Part shown: in pieces, positions 36,339-42,231 of the stretch
Position numbering within the stretch: position 1 is the stretch's first letter
Layout: every line of letters starts with the position of its first letter
IMG/VR virus record: IMGVR_UViG_3300033067_002352
Span: 1-42,231 of that record
Source: a virus
Taxonomy: Duplodnaviria; Caudoviricetes
Reading direction: 5' to 3' (one strand)
Length of the DNA stretch: 42,231 nt
Made by a program: the position numbers and the translations under genes
Notes under the pieces: model-generated
Seen by the model: only the letters and a program-made list of their open reading frames with translations
Database searches by the model: none
What the model was told of the DNA's origin: nothing

Positions 36339-36584
36339 ATGTCAAAAGGCAAAACAAAATATGAAAGCCTCACTAAGTCCGAAATTTCAAAGCTCAATAA
36401 ACTATTAAGGGAAAAGCAGGGCAATTTAACTGAAGCTCATCGGAAAACCGGTTTAACCATTTTTACGATCAAAAGAGCGGCATTGGGGGCGCAAGCTAAA
36501 ATTGATACCCTAAAAAAAATTAGAGTTATTCTTCGAAAAAAGTTACAAACCATTTCAGAAACCGAATTAACGCAAGAGGGCTAA
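36339..36584 (+). CDS. Cro-like HTH regulator
   Basis: LTEAHRKTGLTIFTIKRA; position. Confidence 0.65.
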   Translation: MSKGKTKYESLTKSEISKLNKLLREKQGNLTEAHRKTGLTIFTIKRAALGAQAKIDTLKKIRVILRKKLQTISETELTQEG

Positions 36585-36586
36585 TT

Positions 36587-37219
36587 ATGATTGTATATGC
36601 ACATATAAACATTTCTACAAAATTACCATTCTACATAGGTGTAGGCAAAGATGAGGGGAGGGCTAATAATTTTTTTAGTAGAAAAAAGTATTGGAAAAAA
36701 TATGTAGAAATGTATGGTTATCCGAAAGTTGAAATTTTACATAATAATTTAACTGTGGAAGAAGCGTCTGCATTAGAGATTGTTTACATAAAAAAATATG
36801 GCACTATAAAGAATGGGGGTCTATTAATAAACAAAACACGTGGTGGCGAAATACACCCTAAGTATAAAATGAAAAATCCAAAGGCAATTGATTTAAAAAT
36901 ATCTAAATCTTTAAAAGAGAAATATTCAAATGGTTATGTTAGCAAGCATTTGGGGTTAGTTAGAAGCGATTTGACAAAAAGAAAAATTGCTATTTCTAAA
37001 ATAGGTGTAAAGCAATCTACCAAGTCTATATTTAAGCGGAAGATTTTTTTACAGAATAAAGAGAATAATAACAAAACTAAATGGATTGTACATAAAGAAA
37101 ATGGCATTTTTTATTTAGGAGTACAGGAAGCGGCTAATTCTGTAGGAATAACCTACAATCGAATGAAGTTTATGCTTCAGGGTAAAACAAGAAATATAAC
37201 ACAATTAATGTATTGTTAA
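36587..37219 (+). CDS. GIY-YIG-like homing endonuclease with NUMOD-like tail
   Basis: VYAH...FYIGVG...RA...LE...LIN; RSDLTKRKIAISKIG. Confidence 0.75.
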   Translation: MIVYAHINISTKLPFYIGVGKDEGRANNFFSRKKYWKKYVEMYGYPKVEILHNNLTVEEASALEIVYIKKYGTIKNGGLLINKTRGGEIHPKYKMKNPKAIDLKISKSLKEKYSNGYVSKHLGLVRSDLTKRKIAISKIGVKQSTKSIFKRKIFLQNKENNNKTKWIVHKENGIFYLGVQEAANSVGITYNRMKFMLQGKTRNITQLMYC

Positions 37220-37238
37220 CCGATTTAAACGAAGGATA

Positions 37239-37451
37239 ATGAAAAAAGATATTGCCATAAAGCCTGAATGGATTAACGAACAAAAAGCCTGTGAGTGGCT
37301 GGGAGTGAATCGGACAACATTGTTCAAAATGAAACAAACGCTTGGGCTGCAATTTACTTATTTGGGCAAAAACAGAATATTGATGTACGACAAAAATCAA
37401 ATTAACGACATACTATTCAACAACAGCACGTATGCCGTGCTAAATAAATAA
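37239..37451 (+). CDS. xis: Excisionase-like HTH protein
   Basis: WINEQKACEWLGVNRTTL. Confidence 0.7.
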   Translation: MKKDIAIKPEWINEQKACEWLGVNRTTLFKMKQTLGLQFTYLGKNRILMYDKNQINDILFNNSTYAVLNK

Positions 37452-37579
37452 TTATGATAACAAAATTCGTACTGTACCAATTCGCTGCTTCGCAAAAATT
37501 ATCGCTTGCCACAGAGCATGACCTTAAAAAAGCGACAGCCAAATATTTAAATTTTCAATCACTATTAAATTAACACCCC

Positions 37580-37957
37580 ATGAACGAACAATTAATCACA
37601 GAAGGCCAATCATTTTACTGGATATTATTGAGCCTGTCTATCTTATCACTGCTTTTTGTTTTTTTCAAATACTACCTCATTCCGGAGTGGAATGCGAAAA
37701 AAGAGAAAGTGGAGATAAGTGAGGATGCTTTAATAAAACAATTTATTGAAAGAACAAGAAAAATTAAAAACAAAATATTATCATGCGAAAATCAATGGCA
37801 GCTTGATACGCTTGCTTATGATATTAGTAAATTCCAAAGAGAATTTACAATGACTTTGGATAGGGTAAAAGTAGAGCAAGAGGTTGAGCAGCTGATTGAT
37901 GCGTGGTATGAAAAAGAGGCAGTATTGTCAGCCAGTTCACCGGCTATCGTAACATAG
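37580..37957 (+). CDS. Membrane-anchored hypothetical protein
   Basis: N-terminal TM. Confidence 0.75.
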   Translation: MNEQLITEGQSFYWILLSLSILSLLFVFFKYYLIPEWNAKKEKVEISEDALIKQFIERTRKIKNKILSCENQWQLDTLAYDISKFQREFTMTLDRVKVEQEVEQLIDAWYEKEAVLSASSPAIVT

Positions 37958-38022
37958 TTTTTCTGTTTTTCATAATAGGCGCATACAGTTAAACCTGCTG
38001 TGTTTCCACACGGGAGGTGTAC

Positions 38023-38096
38023 AGCACCGTAGAGCAGTGGTCAGCTCGCAAGTCTCATAAACTTGAGGCCGTTGGTTCGAATCCATCCGGTTGCTA
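38023..38096 (+). tRNA. tRNA with CAT anticodon (Met-like, atypical)
   Basis: D-arm GAGC/GCTC, anticodon arm CAAGT-CTCATAA-ACTTG, TTCGAAT loop, acceptor AGCACCG/CGGTTGCT with a bulge. Confidence 0.8.
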
Positions 38097-38373
38097 CAAA
38101 AGAAACAACCAAGCAAGTGACATTACCGGATAAGTACTGGTCTGTTAAAAACAAGAGTAGGTGCCGTTAATAAAATCGCTGTTTAACATTATGCGATTGG
38201 GCCAAAAGTCAAAGGTTTGTTACAGTTCCCTTTGAGCCTACTTTTTAAAAAATATTGTTGGCAACAACAATGGGCAGCACAAGCCCTGCCGTAGCTGGAT
38301 GGCCATGTTAATTGTGTAAACGAGCCGAGACTACGTAACCTGCGTTAGTGGTTGCGTGTTTTAAAAAAATATT

Positions 38374-38634
38374 ATGAAACTATCAACATTTTTTGAATCT
38401 GTTAAAAAAACTAAGCTGGGTAATCAATTAAAGCGAATTGAAGTTGTTGTTGATTACAACCGTGAGGATGATACGGTGGATGAAGTGCTGGAAGTGAATG
38501 TTTTTGTAAACAACGAATATAAGTGTGAAATATCTGATCTGCTGGATTGCTGCGACGGGAATCCATTAAACAAGATTATCGAAGCAATTAATTGGCGGGA
38601 GATATGCAGCGATGCAGAGTTCTTAGCGCCATGA
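38374..38634 (+). CDS. Hypothetical acidic protein
   Basis: 86 aa. Confidence 0.75.
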   Translation: MKLSTFFESVKKTKLGNQLKRIEVVVDYNREDDTVDEVLEVNVFVNNEYKCEISDLLDCCDGNPLNKIIEAINWREICSDAEFLAP

Positions 38635-38690
38635 AATAAAAAAGCCTCCATTGGAGGCGAATAAGAAGAACAATTAAACAATACAAATAT

Positions 38691-39566
38691 ATGACTACTT
38701 TAAGAAAAGCAACAAGAAAAAAAGCAAAAATAAGATTAGGGCTGTCCGCTGTGAGCGGCGGCGGCAAAACTTACAGCGCATTACTTATAGCTTACGGCCT
38801 GTCCGGCGACTGGAACAAGATTGCTGTAATTGATACAGAAAATAACAGCGCTGATTTATATGCACATTTAGGAGATTACAATGTGCTGCCTCTATCTGCG
38901 CCATACACTCCGGAAAACTATATAAATGCTATTAAAGAATGCGAAAATGCAGGGATGGAAGTAATAATAATAGATAGCATAGCCCATGAGTGGGAGGGTC
39001 AGGGCGGTGTTTTAGATGAGTGCGATAGAATTGGTGGCGGATTTAGCACAGCATGGAAACAACTAACCCCACGACATGAAAAATTTAAAAACAAAATACT
39101 CTCATGCAATTGTCATGTAATAACCACGGTAAGAAGAAAGCAAGAGTATATTTTAGTTGAAGAACAAAACAAACATGGTAAAATGGTTCAAAAGCCCGTC
39201 AAGGCGGGAATGAAGGAAATAACACGTGAGGGTTGGGAGTATGAATTAACTGTTAATCTTGAGTTAGACTTACGGCATAATGCAACAGCCTCTAAAGACA
39301 GGACAGGGTTATTTATGGGCAGGCCTTCATTTGTCCCATCAATAGAAACAGGCAAGTTAATAGCCGAGTGGTGTGAAAGTGGTATTGACCCTAAAGAGGA
39401 AGTAAAAGAGGCGGTTGCTAAATTAAAAAATTGTTCAACAGTGGATGAATTAAAATTATTTAAAGAGACATTAGTAAGCTATGTTATTATAGATAATGAT
39501 TTTAAGATAGCTGCTAAAAAAAGATATAACGAAATAACCCAAAATATTCAATCTATAAAACAATAA
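38691..39566 (+). CDS. AAA ATPase, Sak4-like recombination protein
   Basis: AVSGGGKT, VIDTE, IIIDS. Confidence 0.8.
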   Translation: MTTLRKATRKKAKIRLGLSAVSGGGKTYSALLIAYGLSGDWNKIAVIDTENNSADLYAHLGDYNVLPLSAPYTPENYINAIKECENAGMEVIIIDSIAHEWEGQGGVLDECDRIGGGFSTAWKQLTPRHEKFKNKILSCNCHVITTVRRKQEYILVEEQNKHGKMVQKPVKAGMKEITREGWEYELTVNLELDLRHNATASKDRTGLFMGRPSFVPSIETGKLIAEWCESGIDPKEEVKEAVAKLKNCSTVDELKLFKETLVSYVIIDNDFKIAAKKRYNEITQNIQSIKQ

Positions 39567-39568
39567 TC

Positions 39569-40081
39569 ATGGAACACATGCCAGCCGCAAGTTATTTAGC
39601 TGCATTTGAAACCACTAAGGAGCAGCGTAAATCATTTATCAATGATTTGCTTAACAGTATAGATTCGGGGAATGTTGACCCCTTAAGAGTGCATCTGCAT
39701 TTGAAAGCAATTGAAGATATAATCAAACAGCTTACAAGTTTAGATGAAAAAACCAATAAAAACGTTGAGGCGGCAAAAAAATACAGGGCTCACTTATTGG
39801 ATGCGGCGAGAAAGCATGGTAAAGATTTTCAATTGTTCAATGCCGAATTTTCAATTAAGGAGACCGGAAGTAAGTATGATTATAGCCAATGTGGTGACCA
39901 TGAGTTGTTGATATGGCAAAAAGAATTAGATGCTTTGAAAACAAGAATAGATGAGCGCCAAAATATGTTAAAAACAATACCAGCAGCTGGGCTACAAAAG
40001 GTAGATAATAATGGTGAGGTTTATACAATTTACCCTCCTTCAAAATCATCAACAACAAGTGTAACTGTAACATTGAAGTAA
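39569..40081 (+). CDS. Hypothetical phage protein
   Basis: 170 aa. Confidence 0.8.
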   Translation: MEHMPAASYLAAFETTKEQRKSFINDLLNSIDSGNVDPLRVHLHLKAIEDIIKQLTSLDEKTNKNVEAAKKYRAHLLDAARKHGKDFQLFNAEFSIKETGSKYDYSQCGDHELLIWQKELDALKTRIDERQNMLKTIPAAGLQKVDNNGEVYTIYPPSKSSTTSVTVTLK

Positions 40082-40083
40082 TT

Positions 40084-40479
40084 ATGAAAGAGCAGATAAT
40101 CAGAGAATTAAAAAGCTACATCGAAACGATTGAACAATTCGATAAAGACAGCGCACAGGATGCAGGCGCCTTGCACGCTTATTTAGTTCAACTTACCAAT
40201 TATATGGCACGAGCTAATTACCTAATGGCTGAATGGGGCAAAAAATTGAGGGAGGAAAAGAAGCAGGCGTATCTCAATTTAAAAGCCAGCGAAAAATCGC
40301 AAGGTAGTTACTTTTCACCATCATTAGGCAAGGATTATATAAGTAGCGTGTGCAGCGAAAGTGGTTATGTGTATGATTTAGCAGAGCGTACATCGAGGCT
40401 GTGTACGCACACTATTGATGCCATTCGGACAATTATATCCAGCTTAAAATCAGAGCGACAATTTGCAAATTATGCTTAA
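40084..40479 (+). CDS. Hypothetical helical protein
   Basis: 131 aa. Confidence 0.8.
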   Translation: MKEQIIRELKSYIETIEQFDKDSAQDAGALHAYLVQLTNYMARANYLMAEWGKKLREEKKQAYLNLKASEKSQGSYFSPSLGKDYISSVCSESGYVYDLAERTSRLCTHTIDAIRTIISSLKSERQFANYA

Positions 40480-40852
40480 AGAAAACATCATTAAGCCAAC
40501 ATTAACAGCCAATCGCTTAACTAAAGAGGCGTTACGCATATTTGATATGTGTGGTTACGAAGTGTGGAGACAAAACAATGCTGCGGTTTATGATGAAAAG
40601 AAACAGGTTTTTAGAAAAAATAGTGCCAAGAGGGGAGTTAGTGATATTATCGGCTACCATAGAAAGACAGGCGTATTTATTGCGGTTGAAATCAAAGTAG
40701 GGAAGGATAAATTGAGTCATGAGCAGACTTTGTTTTTGCGTGGCATTATAAGGTCAGGTGGTGTAGGGTTGGTAATTAAGCGCTATGAGGATTTGGAATA
40801 TTTTTTACAAATACATAATGGATTTAAGAAAAATAATGCCAAAATTAAGTGA
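40472..40852 (+). CDS. VRR-NUC (PD-D/ExK) nuclease
   Basis: GVSDIIG...AVEIK...LSHEQ..FL. Confidence 0.85.
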   Translation: MLKENIIKPTLTANRLTKEALRIFDMCGYEVWRQNNAAVYDEKKQVFRKNSAKRGVSDIIGYHRKTGVFIAVEIKVGKDKLSHEQTLFLRGIIRSGGVGLVIKRYEDLEYFLQIHNGFKKNNAKIK

Positions 40853-41024
40853 AGATATATACAGCCGGTTTTATAATAAAAAAACAGGCGCACATCGAGA
40901 ACTTATAAAGTTTGGCAATAAAGGCGAGGAGGTAAAGATTATTAGCGATCACGACAATATTTTAATTATTGAAAATATAAAAGGTGAAAGGTATCCGGTA
41001 AAAAAAGAAAAAATTGTTTTATGA
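40785..41024 (+). CDS. Hypothetical protein
   Basis: ORF; true start probably downstream. Confidence 0.55.
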   Translation: MRIWNIFYKYIMDLRKIMPKLSEDIYSRFYNKKTGAHRELIKFGNKGEEVKIISDHDNILIIENIKGERYPVKKEKIVL

Positions 41025-41317
41025 AAATCATAGTCCAAAAAGCAATCGACGAGGAGTATAATAAGGCCATAAAAGAGAAGCCAAATTTTACTAAAACAGA
41101 AAGGGCCTGTTTATCAAAATTGCGAGCGCTTTACAGAGAGGTTGGCATGTATGCTTATGCAAAACAGTTTCAGTTTGCTTTTTAGCAAACTGAAACTGAA
41201 ATAAAGAAAAGGTGGGAAGTGAGCAAAGACCGGTTGTTAATCTTATATCAGGAGGCCCTCCAAAAAAGTCATGGATGGGTATGTTTTGACAAATATTTGA
41301 ATGATTTAAAAAAATAA
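41021..41317 (+). pseudogene. 98-codon frame interrupted by TAG at 41183 inside a perfect hairpin
   Basis: 54 codons, TAG, then 43 more open codons to TAA. Confidence 0.65.
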
Positions 41318-41331
41318 AAAATCCTTAGAAA

Positions 41332-41616
41332 ATGAACAGTTTATTATCCATAAAAACATTGCCGCCAGCCAAAAATCAAATGGCTGCTGTATTAAAGCTA
41401 TTAATCGAAACAAAAGGCGTAAGTGAGCGGGATACGCCTTTTAATGGCTTCCGCAGCAGAATATCCGAACTGCGCCTCGAGTTCAATTTAAACATAAGGC
41501 ATGTGAAGGAAAATTTCGTAACACAATTTGGCAAACTAAGTCATTACAATCGGCATTTTTTATTAGAGTGCGACAAGGCAGAAGCAATAGAGCTTTACGA
41601 AAAAATAAATAAATAA
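41332..41616 (+). CDS. Winged-HTH-like protein
   Basis: GFRSRISELR motif. Confidence 0.65.
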   Translation: MNSLLSIKTLPPAKNQMAAVLKLLIETKGVSERDTPFNGFRSRISELRLEFNLNIRHVKENFVTQFGKLSHYNRHFLLECDKAEAIELYEKINK

Positions 41617-41655
41617 AATCCAGTTAACCAAAAAAACTAACACCCGAAAACTAAA

Positions 41656-42228
41656 ATGGCGAAAAGATTCACCGATACCGACAAGTGGAAAAAGCCGCTG
41701 TTAAAGAATATTCCAATGGAATATAAACTGCTATGGCTGTATATATGCGACGATTGCGACCATGCCGGAATATGGGACGTCGATTTTGATGTAGCTGAAT
41801 TAAGGGTAGGCGAGCAACTTAGCGAGGAAAAAGCTAACGAATATTTTAAGGGTAAAATAATACTAATAGACGACGGGCAAAAATGGTTTATCCCTTCTTT
41901 TATAGAGTTTCAATACGGCGAACTTAACGAAAAAAACAGGGCGCACGAATCGGTAATAAAAATTTTAAAAAGGCATAATTTATTAAATGAAAATTTATCT
42001 ATATATAAAGAAATAAGCCCCTTAAAAGCCCCTTATGTAGGGGCTAAAGACAAGGTTAAAGATAAAGAACAAGACAATGACAAAGAATTTGGAAAGTCTG
42101 AAAACCTTTTGGCCGAACCCGACCTGCTTGTTCCGGCTATGCAAAAAATTTTTACTGACAAAAACAAAAAATATCTACCATCGAGGGAAAGGACTACCCT
42201 GCGCTTTTGCAGATCGCAACAGAGCTGA
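41656..42228 (+). CDS. Replication initiator/replisome organiser (C-terminus uncertain)
   Basis: KLLWLYICDDCDHAGIW, KDKVKDKEQD linker, internal AAGCCCCTTA repeats. Confidence 0.7.
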   Translation: MAKRFTDTDKWKKPLLKNIPMEYKLLWLYICDDCDHAGIWDVDFDVAELRVGEQLSEEKANEYFKGKIILIDDGQKWFIPSFIEFQYGELNEKNRAHESVIKILKRHNLLNENLSIYKEISPLKAPYVGAKDKVKDKEQDNDKEFGKSENLLAEPDLLVPAMQKIFTDKNKKYLPSRERTTLRFCRSQQS

Positions 42229-42231
42229 ATG

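Larger units (their letters stand above)
1..42231. mobile_element. Temperate tailed phage genome (siphovirus-like), probable Bacteroidota host, non-integrated configuration
   Basis: Packaging, head, tail, lysis, integration, immunity and replication modules; tape measure without a sheath gene; attP intact mid-window; no recognisable host housekeeping genes. Confidence 0.95.

Noticed and set aside
38290-38356. Hammerhead ribozyme
   Set aside because: Three-stem topology is possible, but the core reads CTGGATG/GAGA rather than CUGANGA/GAAA, with G at the cleavage position
576-40720. Numerous short antisense ORFs in the six-frame track
   Set aside because: They shadow well-supported genes on the opposite strand and have no independent signals
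41183-41185. Genome-wide TAG recoding (genetic code 15)
   Set aside because: TAG serves as a normal stop elsewhere (861, 1654, 1993, 17425, 37957), long genes are uninterrupted and no suppressor tRNA is seen
42180-42231. C-terminus RERTTLRFCRSQQS of the replication protein
   Set aside because: At the window edge with an abrupt compositional change; may be a frameshift or assembly error

Overview
AT-rich, near-complete temperate siphovirus-like phage, probably of a Bacteroidota host (inferred from TAnnTTTG promoter boxes, A-rich translation starts without Shine-Dalgarno motifs, A|Q signal peptides and the integrase type). Gene order: accessory region (1-5.7 kb); ParB/MTase, TerS, TerL, portal, scaffold, capsid, tail, tape measure and fibres (6.7-30 kb); lysis (30-31.7 kb); TA-like pair, intact attP and integrase (31.9-33.9 kb); immunity switch, GIY-YIG nuclease, Xis, tRNA(CAT), recombination and replication genes (34-42 kb). 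The main signal is at about 860-3993. It is an integron-like gene-cassette array in which each gene is bracketed by its own complementary GTT.../...AAC pair and separated from the next by attC-like hairpins. The hairpins appear inverted relative to the genes and sometimes contain the start codon. The array ends in a motif also found at 72-91 (attI-like), and no IntI-type integrase is present in the window. Other oddities: signal peptides on late-operon structural-type proteins, a 4-nt invertible loop that creates a stop codon, repeated-loop hairpins in the capsid leader, a possible outer-membrane-disrupting peptide in place of spanins, and a Rieske-domain protein. Product names come from motifs and synteny only; no database searches were run.
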